Shown here piece by piece: positions 30,624 through 39,956 of a stretch of DNA of 64,000 nucleotides (within the stretch, counting starts at the first letter, position 1; each line of letters opens with the position of its first letter). The stretch lies in the NCBI GenBank assembly GCA_965220765.1, contig OZ244847.1:3200699-3264698 (forward strand), in the 5' to 3' direction. Made by a program: the position numbers and the translations under genes. This DNA comes from Candidatus Latescibacterota bacterium. GTDB taxonomy: Bacteria; Latescibacterota; UBA2968. The notes under the pieces are model-generated. The model searched no databases and was not told the DNA's origin. It worked only from the letters and a program-made list of their open reading frames with translations.

Positions 30624-30920
30624 ATGAGAGACAGGCCCCCGATCCATCCTGGTGAGATTTTGCAAGAAGAATTTCTAAAGCCAATGGGAATCAGTTGCTA
30701 TCGTCTTGCTCGTGATATTTGCGTTTCTGAAATGAGAATCAATCAAATTATTCGCGGGGAAGAGGGTATTAGTGCAGATATAGCACTTCGACTTGCTCAT
30801 TATTTTGGCATGTCGGTTGAATTTTGGACAGGTATTCAAACACATTATGAAATAGAGAAAGCCAAAATGACACTGGCTGATCGAATAGAAAAAGAGGTCA
30901 AGATTTTTGCACCGGTATAG
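30624..30920 (+). CDS. higA: HigA-family antitoxin (XRE-type HTH)
   Basis: IHPGEILQEEFLKPMGIS...LARDICVSEMRINQIIRGEEGISADIALRLAHYFGMSVEFW is the canonical HigA HTH antidote protein. Confidence 0.8.
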   Translation: MRDRPPIHPGEILQEEFLKPMGISCYRLARDICVSEMRINQIIRGEEGISADIALRLAHYFGMSVEFWTGIQTHYEIEKAKMTLADRIEKEVKIFAPV

Positions 30921-30955
30921 TTGTGTAATGTGCTACAAGTATTGACAGAAAAAAA

Positions 30956-30991
30956 GAAGCTGCCTCCCGATATTTTTGGGGCGGCAGTTTT
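30956..30991. terminator. Bidirectional rho-independent terminator between the convergent higA and the asnB-like gene
   Basis: GCTGCCTCCC-loop-GGGGCGGCAG hairpin flanked by A-run and T-run. It abuts the TAA stop of the minus-strand gene. Confidence 0.55.
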
Positions 30992-32692
30992 TTATTTTAG
31001 GGTAATTTTTAATAGTTCAGCCACTTCTTCTGATGTGCGGTATTTGCCGTCAAAGAGTTGGATGAGATAGAGTTGGTAGGTCATGTAGCGCCCCAAAATG
31101 ATCGTGTGGTCTTCGCCTGCGAGGTGGCGTTGCCAGAGCTTGGAGGTGTTAGATGTGTTGTAGAGAAGATGGTCGCACAAATTTTTACCCGGCGATTGGC
31201 GCAACCAATTCGCGTAATCGGCAAAGGTCTGGGGCGCGGGATTGCGCAATCCGGTGAACCTCCGCAGGATTTTGACGGTCCAGGGTGAATGGGATATGGG
31301 AAGTCCCGTGGCCTGATAGGGAATATTTTTGAAATATTCTGGAAAGGTCTCGAGAAGCATCTGGCGGTAGAGGCGATTGTTGGCTTTTTGTTGTAGGGGA
31401 ATAGAATAGAGTAATTCCTGCACCTGATTGTCGAGGAATGGTAAGCGGTATTCAAGGCCGTGCAAAAGTCCCAGACGAGGGCCGTGCAGGGTGAACCCAC
31501 GCATGCGCCAATCTATGTAAAAAGCATGTGCCGATCCCGCATTGTTAAATGCGGTTTTGAGGTGTTGGGTCGTGTTGCGATCTACCCGAATGTGTAGCTC
31601 ATTTTTCAGGTATGCAGAGAATTTGTTGGAGGGAAATAGATGGCCTGCACCTGCTAACCCATCGCCTCCTGCTCCGTTGAGGAAAATATCACAGGCTTCT
31701 TTCTGTTGCTTGAGGTGTTCAATGCCGTGCATATGGAGCAGGTCGAGTGCGCCATCGGCATACCACACGCCTGAGATTCTCGGCAAGAGCCAATTTTGAT
31801 CATCCAAGGGCAGGACGGTATGTGGCGCGTTTTTTACGGATGCTGCCTGGGCAGCAATGCGAACATCCGCGCTGTCGGGATGACCGAATGTGAAGGTTCT
31901 GGGTGTGCGAGGCATGGCGGCGAGGATCGCACGCGAATCGAGGCCACCGCTGAGGGCGAGACCCGTTCGTCCTGTGGTTCTCTGTTCTACGGCAGTGCGA
32001 AAGCGCGCGCCCAATTCATGTGCCAATTCGCGCTGGGTGTGATGCCCTGTGAGGGGAGCAATATCATCCCAGGACCAGTAGCATTGCTGTGTAAGGCTAC
32101 CATCTGAGATGCGAAATGTCATTTGCGTTGCAGCGGGCACGGGCGCGACGCCTTCGAGCCATGTGCGATCAGAAGGCAATTGCCCGGTGGCGAAAAATAT
32201 GTCGCGAGAAATGGGGTCAATCACAGGTGAAAACTCGGGTAGCGCGAGAAATGCCTTGGTCTGAGACGCCCAGGCTATACGATTGCCCTGGCACGTCCAG
32301 TAGAGCGGGCGCAAGCCATAGCGATCGGTGATAATATGCAGTTCATTTTTTTGTGTATCGAAAATCACGCCGGAAAAAAGGCCATTAATGCGGTTTAATA
32401 GTTCGCGTCTATCCGCGACGATTTCAACTAAGAATTCAAGGTCGGAAGTAGCAGAGAGAGCCAGCGCGACGCGGTTGAAAAATTCGCCATCGAGATAAGC
32501 AATATGTCCCGATTGTGAATAAACTGGGGACACTGTACGCCAATCTGGCGCAAATGCGACGCCCGCAATGTGCGGGGCAAAGACGATGCGGTGCGCTTTT
32601 TGATGTACGACCAGGCTATCTGCCATGCGCGTGAGCGAGTGGGTGAGTTCACGGGAGGTAAGAGGCGATTGAGATATGAATCCGGCGAGCAT
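30992..32692 (-). CDS. Asparagine synthetase (AsnB) family protein lacking the N-terminal catalytic cysteine
   Basis: 566 aa with the PP-loop synthetase domain (LSGGLDSRAILAAM) and an Ntn-like N-domain. The N-terminus is MLAGF..., not MCGI. Confidence 0.7.
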   Translation of the reverse strand: MLAGFISQSPLTSRELTHSLTRMADSLVVHQKAHRIVFAPHIAGVAFAPDWRTVSPVYSQSGHIAYLDGEFFNRVALALSATSDLEFLVEIVADRRELLNRINGLFSGVIFDTQKNELHIITDRYGLRPLYWTCQGNRIAWASQTKAFLALPEFSPVIDPISRDIFFATGQLPSDRTWLEGVAPVPAATQMTFRISDGSLTQQCYWSWDDIAPLTGHHTQRELAHELGARFRTAVEQRTTGRTGLALSGGLDSRAILAAMPRTPRTFTFGHPDSADVRIAAQAASVKNAPHTVLPLDDQNWLLPRISGVWYADGALDLLHMHGIEHLKQQKEACDIFLNGAGGDGLAGAGHLFPSNKFSAYLKNELHIRVDRNTTQHLKTAFNNAGSAHAFYIDWRMRGFTLHGPRLGLLHGLEYRLPFLDNQVQELLYSIPLQQKANNRLYRQMLLETFPEYFKNIPYQATGLPISHSPWTVKILRRFTGLRNPAPQTFADYANWLRQSPGKNLCDHLLYNTSNTSKLWQRHLAGEDHTIILGRYMTYQLYLIQLFDGKYRTSEEVAELLKITLK

Positions 32693-32842
32693 GAAAGTGC
32701 CTATCTGAATACCGGTTGAAGTTCATCCGTGATTAGATGTAATCAATATAAGGAAAACTTCAGGATTTCCCTTTTCATTTTTCGTTTTTATTGGTACAAT
32801 AAAGCAGTTCTAATATCATCGCATTTAACCATAGAGGTCGGA

Positions 32843-34054
32843 ATGGCAGAAAAAAATTATAAGGTTCGCGCGGCGCATTGCAATTGGCGGGCGTCGGAGG
32901 AAGAAATATACCAGACGCTGCGCCGCATTACAGACCCATTGCATCGGTCGTGGGAAAAGCTGGAGAAAGCCAATCGGATTGTGATCAAGTTCAATATGAT
33001 GAAGCTACACAATCGCATTATTTACTACATGGGACGGCGGCGCGAGTTGGTCGATGACATGGTCGCACGCGCTGTGTTGCGTTTGTTGCGAGAACGCACC
33101 CGTGCGGAAATTATTGCGACGGATACCAATCCCTATACGCGCGACCATCTGATGGATGAAGATTTTAATTACGCACATATTTTGAAAGAATACGATGTGG
33201 GGTTTGTCGATTCAAACGCGCAACCGTTCAAACAGTATGACGTGCCGGGCGGTGGATGTATGTTTGACCGCTATACACTCAGCGCGTGTTTTGAAGGGGC
33301 AGAGGTGGTTTCTGTGGCAAAGATGAAGAATCATCTGTTTATGGGGATTACGCTTTGCATGAAAAATCTTTTTGGTCTGCCTCCAATCACGCTGCCACAC
33401 GGCCGCGTGCGATCCTATTATCACCACTTTATCCGCCTGTCTTACGTCTTGCCCGATTTGGGATTGATCACGCAACCTTGTCTGAATATTGTGGATGCAC
33501 TAACCGGGCAATGGGGGAGAGAATGGGGCGGACAGGGGCGTATCTGCAATGCGTTATTAGCAGGTGACCATGTAACCGCTACCGATGCATGTGGTACCCA
33601 TTTGATGGGTCACGACCCTGCGTCTGATTGGCCCAATCCGCCGTTTCGACGCGACCGCAACCATTTGCTGATTGCAGACAGGCGCGGTTTTGGTACGGTT
33701 GATCTGAGGGAGATTGATTTTGAGAGCGAGGTATCTGCGCCCCTATCCGAGTTTGATTCAGAGCGTACAGACAGCGAGGAAATTGTGGAAAGCTGGCGTC
33801 GCACCACCTGTGAGCAGGCATTGTTTTACCAGGACCGTCAGCGGGATATCGTTGACCGGTATCGGAATAAATTTATCTTTTTGCAAGATGGCGATGTGGT
33901 CTGGCACGGTGCAGATCCCGCCAATTTGGGTAGCCGCAGGCAGTTGAGCGGACAGAAAAAGGATCAGGGGATGTGGCTCAAGTTGGTCGATCCCGAAGAA
34001 ACTGAAGGCGAACGCTTTGAGACTTATGAGGCGTGTTTGAGGATGACGGGATAA
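32843..34054 (+). CDS. DUF362-family protein
   Basis: Motifs KMKNHLFMGITLCMKNLFG, IVDALTGQWGREWGGQG and ATDACGTHLMGHDP match the DUF362 consensus. The start is moved to the ATG at 32843 (GAGGT RBS) because the upstream in-frame extension looks non-coding. Confidence 0.55.
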   Translation: MAEKNYKVRAAHCNWRASEEEIYQTLRRITDPLHRSWEKLEKANRIVIKFNMMKLHNRIIYYMGRRRELVDDMVARAVLRLLRERTRAEIIATDTNPYTRDHLMDEDFNYAHILKEYDVGFVDSNAQPFKQYDVPGGGCMFDRYTLSACFEGAEVVSVAKMKNHLFMGITLCMKNLFGLPPITLPHGRVRSYYHHFIRLSYVLPDLGLITQPCLNIVDALTGQWGREWGGQGRICNALLAGDHVTATDACGTHLMGHDPASDWPNPPFRRDRNHLLIADRRGFGTVDLREIDFESEVSAPLSEFDSERTDSEEIVESWRRTTCEQALFYQDRQRDIVDRYRNKFIFLQDGDVVWHGADPANLGSRRQLSGQKKDQGMWLKLVDPEETEGERFETYEACLRMTG

Positions 34055-34079
34055 AATCCGCTGAGACAGTGCAATAGAT

Positions 34080-34802
34080 ATGGATATTTTGCGAACCGAT
34101 ACTGCCCATGTCTGGGCAGTGGATTTAGAGCGCGAGACACACATGTTGGCCCAGACGCTATCGGCAGATGAGTGGAGGCGTGCTGACAAGTTTGTCTATG
34201 AAAAGCACCGGGCGCATTTTGTTGCCGCACGCGGATGTCTGCGCGCGATTCTCGCAAAATACATGGATTGTAAGCCAGGTGAACTGGCTTTTTTTTATGG
34301 CGAACACGGCAAACCCGCTCTGGCACCTCCCTGGGATAAATCTCAGTTGCGATTTAACCTGAGCCATTCAGCTGGCCTGGCTCTTATCGCGGTTTCGATG
34401 CGCCATGAGATTGGGGTTGATGTTGAGCATCTCAGCCGCAAGGTCGGCCAGATGAAAGACATTGCGAAGCGTTTTTTCGCACCTGGCGAATACGAGCAGT
34501 TGTGCGCGTTGTCGCGAGAAGAACTGCGCCGGGCTTTTTTTTGTTGCTGGACGCGCAAAGAGGCATATCTGAAAGCCATGGGCGCTGGTCTTACCCATTC
34601 ATTAAAAAATTTTGAAGTGAGTTTGGGACGCAAAGCAGAATTGCTGTGGATAAAAGAAGGGAATACAGAAGATTGGACACTGCAACACCTTGAACCCGCG
34701 AAGGGGTATGTCGGCGCGGTGGCGATTGCGGGGAAAGATGTTGAGGTGAAGATAATGAAACACTTGTTGCGCGATCTTTGTCTGAATAAGGGTGTGAATT
34801 AG
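34080..34802 (+). CDS. 4'-phosphopantetheinyl transferase, Sfp/EntD type
   Basis: Two-lobed PPTase with motifs GKPAL, FNLSHS, and WTRKEAYLKAMG (W/FxxKEAxxK). 240 aa. Confidence 0.75.
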   Translation: MDILRTDTAHVWAVDLERETHMLAQTLSADEWRRADKFVYEKHRAHFVAARGCLRAILAKYMDCKPGELAFFYGEHGKPALAPPWDKSQLRFNLSHSAGLALIAVSMRHEIGVDVEHLSRKVGQMKDIAKRFFAPGEYEQLCALSREELRRAFFCCWTRKEAYLKAMGAGLTHSLKNFEVSLGRKAELLWIKEGNTEDWTLQHLEPAKGYVGAVAIAGKDVEVKIMKHLLRDLCLNKGVN

Positions 34803-34818
34803 CAGAGGTGACTGTCCG

Positions 34819-37059
34819 ATGCAGGAGCAGATAATGGATCCTTTACTGGACAATGAACAAAACGGTAGTCTGAATTGGTTGAAACACGCTTTGCCCGAAG
34901 GGGAAGACGAACTCATTCGGGTACAGACCGATCTGGATGAAAAAGGTGACTTCGGAAACCAGTGGGTGGTGGTGACCCGCAATCGCGTGCTGGTGCGACA
35001 AAATGGCGCGATAGCAGATATTCCGATTTCCGAAATTGAACTGGCGCGAACCGAGGCTCTGGTGGGCGGTGCGCGTTTGGAAATACATCGAAAAAATAAG
35101 CCGACCGTGCATATTCCATATTCCATGACGCAGGCGCAAAAGTTTTCGGAGACTACGCGCGGGATTGAGCAACTGCGCAAGGGGCAGGAATTTTTTATTA
35201 ATGCAAATCTGGATCGCACAATCTGCGAATCGTGCGGTCGGCTATTGCCGGAAAAAAATGGGATATGTCCGGCCTGTTTAAACAAATTTGCAACACTGGG
35301 ACGCATTGCATCGTATTTGAAACCCTACAAGATACGCGCGATTGTGCTGGCACTGGCGTCTATTGTGACGACGGTTGCAGAATTGATTCCGCCTTATGTG
35401 ACAAAACTCATTGTCGATGATGTGTTGGTGCTGCCCGAGGGCGTAGAGGCGCTGTACGACGATCGGCTCAGTTTGCTCGGCTGGCTCGTGCTGGCTCTGG
35501 TGGGTATCCGGCTGATAACCTGGGGGGGAGAATGGGCGCACGGCTGGACAGTGACGTGGCTTTCCGCACGGGTGACTGCAGATATCCGCAGCCAGCTTTA
35601 CAGGTGTTTGGAGTTGCTATCCCTGCAATTTTACGACAAACGGCAAGTTGGCGCAGTTATGTCTCGCGTGACGACGGATAGCAGTCGTTTACAGATGTTT
35701 TTGGTCGATGGATTGCCCTATCTGGTGATCGAGGCGATGATGTTGCTGGGGATTCTCGCCGCGCTGTTTATGATGAGTTGGTCACTGGCTATTCTGGTGC
35801 TGATTCCCGTTCCGTTAATCATGATCTGGGGGTATGCGTTTTATCGGCGGATGCGGAAATTTTTTACCAGTTGGATGCAGTCGTGGTCTGACACTATGGC
35901 GCGGGTCAATGAAGCGCTCACGGGCATTCGCGTGGTGAAGGCATTTGCACAGGAAAAGCAGGAAATCAGGGTGTTCAAAAGGCGCAATGACAAATTGACG
36001 CGCATCGGTATTACGACAGAGGTCAACCGGGGCATTTTTTACAAAACGATGACCCTATTGACGGCGGCTGGCGTGATTATTGTATGGTATTATGGGGGGC
36101 TTGAGGTAATCGATGGGGAATTGACGCTCGGCACTTTGATGGCTTTTTACAGTTATATGATGTTGCTTTACGGCCCGCTGGAATGGTTTGGGATGGTCAA
36201 TTCGTGGATGACGCGTGCAATGGCCGGTGCAGAACGCATTTTTGAGATTATCGATACGCCTTCCGAAGCGTACCAGGACCCCAATGCCGTGCCGGTACCC
36301 GATATCGAAGGGCGCGTGAAGTTCGATGATGTCACATTTGGATACGACAAGAGCAAGCCCGTGTTGCACGAAATCAACCTCGAGGTCAAACCAGGAGAGA
36401 TGATCGGGCTGGTGGGAAAATCAGGCGTGGGCAAGACGACAACGGTAAATTTGATTTGTCGGTTCTACGATGTTGACCGCGGAAGCATTGAGGTGGATGG
36501 GGTGGATTTGCGCGATATTCGGCTGGAGGATTTGAGGTCTCAAATTGGCATTGTGTTGCAAGAGCCGTTTCTGTTTTCGGGCAGTATTGCGGAAAATATT
36601 GGCTATGGCAAGCCGGGCGCGACATTCGATGAGATTGTAGAAGCAGCCAAGACTGCCCATGCACACGACTTTATTGTGACAAAGCCCGATGGCTACGATA
36701 CGCTTATCGGCGAGCGCGGAGAATCGCTTTCGGGAGGCGAACGGCAGCGCGTGTCTATTGCACGAGCCATTTTACACGATCCCAGAATTTTGATCTTAGA
36801 CGAGGCCACATCGTCTGTTGATGTGCAAACTGAAAAGCGCATTCAAGATGCGGTTGCGCGATTGGTCAAAGGACGAACGACTTTTGCAATAGCCCATCGT
36901 TTATCCACCCTTCGCAATGCCGACCGGCTGGTGGTGATGGATGCCGGACGCATTGTGGAAATGGGAACGCACCGCGAATTGCTGGAAAAGAAAGGCATGT
37001 TTTACAAATTGGTGCAGATGCAAGAAGAGATTTCACAAATTATTGCAATTAAGGAATAG
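34819..37059 (+). CDS. ABC exporter (TMD-NBD half-transporter) with a ~160-aa N-terminal cytoplasmic extension
   Basis: Six-TM ABC_membrane domain and an NBD (Walker A GKSGVGKT, signature LSGGERQR, Walker B ILILDEATS). The N-terminal extension contains CESCGRLLPEKNGICPAC. Confidence 0.85.
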   Translation: MQEQIMDPLLDNEQNGSLNWLKHALPEGEDELIRVQTDLDEKGDFGNQWVVVTRNRVLVRQNGAIADIPISEIELARTEALVGGARLEIHRKNKPTVHIPYSMTQAQKFSETTRGIEQLRKGQEFFINANLDRTICESCGRLLPEKNGICPACLNKFATLGRIASYLKPYKIRAIVLALASIVTTVAELIPPYVTKLIVDDVLVLPEGVEALYDDRLSLLGWLVLALVGIRLITWGGEWAHGWTVTWLSARVTADIRSQLYRCLELLSLQFYDKRQVGAVMSRVTTDSSRLQMFLVDGLPYLVIEAMMLLGILAALFMMSWSLAILVLIPVPLIMIWGYAFYRRMRKFFTSWMQSWSDTMARVNEALTGIRVVKAFAQEKQEIRVFKRRNDKLTRIGITTEVNRGIFYKTMTLLTAAGVIIVWYYGGLEVIDGELTLGTLMAFYSYMMLLYGPLEWFGMVNSWMTRAMAGAERIFEIIDTPSEAYQDPNAVPVPDIEGRVKFDDVTFGYDKSKPVLHEINLEVKPGEMIGLVGKSGVGKTTTVNLICRFYDVDRGSIEVDGVDLRDIRLEDLRSQIGIVLQEPFLFSGSIAENIGYGKPGATFDEIVEAAKTAHAHDFIVTKPDGYDTLIGERGESLSGGERQRVSIARAILHDPRILILDEATSSVDVQTEKRIQDAVARLVKGRTTFAIAHRLSTLRNADRLVVMDAGRIVEMGTHRELLEKKGMFYKLVQMQEEISQIIAIKE

Positions 37060-37065
37060 GTTCTC

Positions 37066-39345
37066 ATGAATCACTTGCCCGGAAAACCGTTGATCGAAAA
37101 ACTCCCCCCATCCGTAGCAAAGAAGCTGCGTGCGGCAAAGCCCAATGGCGAGACCGTGCTGATGCAGGTGGCAACGGATCTGGACGAGTCCTTGAATTAC
37201 AACCCGCAGTGGGTGGTGGTGACTGATCAACAGGTGCTGGTAATTCCCGAATCGGGTGTGGATGGCACACAGTCGATAGCGATTGGCGATGTGGAAGACG
37301 TGAAAGTGGAAGAGCGCGTGGGGTTGGGTGCCATGGCGTTAACGCACAAAGCAGGACCTGGAATGCATGTACCTTATTCGCCATCTCTTACCGCTGTGTT
37401 TGCCGAAGTGGCAGATGGAATTAGGCAGTTGACGGATAATGAACCATTAACATTGCCCACAGAATTGGAGCAGACGCACTGCGAGCATTGTGGGCGTCGG
37501 TTGCCGGAAAAGAATGGTGTGTGTGCTGCGTGTTTGAAAAAGTGGCAGACGTTTCGGCGCATTGTGGGGTATATGGCCGCTTATCCCGTGCGTCTGGTCA
37601 TCACCATAGTCCTGACATTTGTCAGCGCTTTATTTACGCTGTTGCCACCCAAAATTACAGAGTATGTGATTGACGGTGTTTTGACAACGGGCTGGGATGC
37701 GGTTGAGATTCCATTTATCACATCAACGGATCGCCTTGATCGATTGGGACTGTTGATTTTAGGGCTTGTTATTATACGGCTGTTGATCTGGGGTGTCGAT
37801 GTGGTGATGGCGGCGTTGAGTCGGTCGTTGGGGTTGCGCGCTATCGGCGATTTGCGGGAAGATCTCTACCGCGCGTTTCAGATGGTGCCTGTTCGCTTTT
37901 ACGATCGGCGAAAAGTGGGTGCTCTGACGTCCCGCATGAATAATGATACGGACCGCATGGAAGTGATCATGACGTATGATTTTTATTATGTGTTTTCCAA
38001 CAGTTTGTTATTTGTCGGTATTTTGGGTTTTCTGGCGTGGATGAACTGGCAACTCACACTGTTTGTGATAGCACCTATACCGCTGATTGTGCTTGCCGGC
38101 ACACGGATATGGTACCGCATCATGACATTCTGGACGCAGTGGTCGGGAAAGTGGGGCAGGCTATCGGCACAGTTGAATGAGTCAATTCACGGTATTCGCG
38201 TTGTGAAGGCATTTGCACAGGAGGCAAAAGAGAGCGAGCGTTTTGACCAGTACAACGAAGACCTGCGCGATGTGGATACCCGGGGCGAACGGGCCTGGTT
38301 TGTTTTTTGGACTGTGACAAATCTGTTTATGAACGTCGGGGTGTTTTTTGTATGGTACTTCGGAGGAAAACAGATTCTGGGCGGTGAATTGACACTGGGT
38401 GCGTTAATCGCATTTATGAGTTATCTCTGGATGTTGTACCAACCATTGAGATGGTTTGGCGATTTTTACAGTTATATTTTGCGGGCATTTGCCGGCGCGC
38501 AGCGCGTGTTCGAGGTGATTGATTCCGAACCCGAGCCATACCAGAAACCCGATGCAGTGCGGCTGCCCAAAATTGAGGGTGGTTTGAAGTTCGAGTCCGT
38601 GTTCTTTGGTTATGATCCCGGCAAACCCGTGCTCAAGGGGGTTGATCTGGAAGTGAAGGCGGGCGAGATGATAGGACTTGTGGGCAAGTCCGGCGCTGGC
38701 AAGTCAACGCTTATCAATCTGATATGTCGATTCTACGACCCAGACCGCGGACAGTTGATGGTCGATGGCGTGCCGATGACCGATGTGAGTTTGCGCGATT
38801 TGCGATCCCAAATCGGAATGGTGCATCAGCAACCCTTTTTGTTTGACGGCACGATTGCCGAAAATATCGCCTATGGCAAACCAGACGCGACCTTTGACGA
38901 GGTAATGCGCGCCGCAATGGCAGCCGAAGCACACGAGTTTATTGTCAAGAAGCCCGATGGTTATGATATGCGGGTGGGGGAAAGCGGCGGGCGTCTGTCG
39001 GGCGGCGAAAAACAGCGGGTGTCTATTGCGCGGGCGATTTTGCACAATCCGCGGATTCTCATTCTCGACGAAGCCACTTCTTCACTGGATACACCAACCG
39101 AGAAAAAGATTCAAACAGCGATTGCACGTCTGGTTGAGGGACGCACGACATTTGCCATAGCACACCGTTTGTCAACGCTTCGCAGCGCGGATCGGCTCGT
39201 GGTGATGGATGAGGGCAATATCGCCGAAGTTGGTACGCATCAGGAGTTGATGGACCGGGAGGGTATTTTTTATCGCCTGGTCAGGACACAGCAAGAGACG
39301 ACGTTGGATATGTTTATGACTGCGGTGGGGGTAGAGTTGGAATAG
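37066..39345 (+). CDS. ABC exporter half-transporter, paralogous partner with the same N-terminal extension
   Basis: Same architecture as the upstream gene (Walker A GKSGAGKS, LSGGEKQR, ILILDEATS). N-terminal extension contains CEHCGRRLPEKNGVCAAC. Starts 7 nt after the first ABC gene, so likely a heterodimer. Confidence 0.85.
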   Translation: MNHLPGKPLIEKLPPSVAKKLRAAKPNGETVLMQVATDLDESLNYNPQWVVVTDQQVLVIPESGVDGTQSIAIGDVEDVKVEERVGLGAMALTHKAGPGMHVPYSPSLTAVFAEVADGIRQLTDNEPLTLPTELEQTHCEHCGRRLPEKNGVCAACLKKWQTFRRIVGYMAAYPVRLVITIVLTFVSALFTLLPPKITEYVIDGVLTTGWDAVEIPFITSTDRLDRLGLLILGLVIIRLLIWGVDVVMAALSRSLGLRAIGDLREDLYRAFQMVPVRFYDRRKVGALTSRMNNDTDRMEVIMTYDFYYVFSNSLLFVGILGFLAWMNWQLTLFVIAPIPLIVLAGTRIWYRIMTFWTQWSGKWGRLSAQLNESIHGIRVVKAFAQEAKESERFDQYNEDLRDVDTRGERAWFVFWTVTNLFMNVGVFFVWYFGGKQILGGELTLGALIAFMSYLWMLYQPLRWFGDFYSYILRAFAGAQRVFEVIDSEPEPYQKPDAVRLPKIEGGLKFESVFFGYDPGKPVLKGVDLEVKAGEMIGLVGKSGAGKSTLINLICRFYDPDRGQLMVDGVPMTDVSLRDLRSQIGMVHQQPFLFDGTIAENIAYGKPDATFDEVMRAAMAAEAHEFIVKKPDGYDMRVGESGGRLSGGEKQRVSIARAILHNPRILILDEATSSLDTPTEKKIQTAIARLVEGRTTFAIAHRLSTLRSADRLVVMDEGNIAEVGTHQELMDREGIFYRLVRTQQETTLDMFMTAVGVELE

Positions 39346-39368
39346 GGTAATTTTGATCGGAGATTTTG

Positions 39369-39938
39369 ATGGCTACGGATATGCTGGAGATGGAAGTCGA
39401 AGAGTTTGAAGAAAATACAGAGGAATGGAAGCCGATACCCATTGAGATGGTACATCCCGAATCGGTCGATCCGCGTAAGATCCGCCTGTTTAAGGAGCCA
39501 CAGTGGATTTTGCGGATGACGATTGAAGGAGATCGGTCCTATACCCGCGTGAAAGTGGTGCGGGCAGCACCTTTGACGGAACCGGACCGCTATTTTTGCA
39601 TTCTGGATATCAAGGACGAAGCGATCTGCCTGATCAAAGACCTGTCCGATTTGACAGAAGAGAGCCAGGTTCTGGTGCATGAGGAACTGGACAACCGGTA
39701 TTTGACGGCGGAGATCCAGAAGATCGTGGCATTGCAAAATGAATACGGGGTGACGTACTGGACTGTCGATACTGACCGGGGCAGGCGCGATTTTGTAGCC
39801 AAGTCCGTCGCTGAAAACGCGCAGTGGCTGGGAGAGACGCGGTTGATGATTTTTGATGTGGATAACAACCGCTTTGAGGTGCCCGATATAAGGGCGCTGG
39901 ACCGCCGCAGTCAGGGGTTGTTGGAATCGGTTGTGTGA
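39369..39938 (+). CDS. Hypothetical acidic cytoplasmic protein co-operonic with the ABC pair
   Basis: 190 aa, Glu/Asp-rich N-terminus, GGAGA RBS, 20 nt after ABC-2. No recognisable motifs, though it may correspond to a DUF family found with ABC exporters. Confidence 0.45.
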   Translation: MATDMLEMEVEEFEENTEEWKPIPIEMVHPESVDPRKIRLFKEPQWILRMTIEGDRSYTRVKVVRAAPLTEPDRYFCILDIKDEAICLIKDLSDLTEESQVLVHEELDNRYLTAEIQKIVALQNEYGVTYWTVDTDRGRRDFVAKSVAENAQWLGETRLMIFDVDNNRFEVPDIRALDRRSQGLLESVV

Positions 39939-39956
39939 TGCAACGCACCATTACTT

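Noticed and set aside
32729-32842. Upstream in-frame extension of the DUF362 ORF (MIRCNQYKENFRISLFIFRFYWYNK...)
   Set aside because: The Phe/Tyr-rich translation of AT-rich promoter DNA is implausible. A GAGGT RBS precedes the ATG at 32843, which begins the conserved region.
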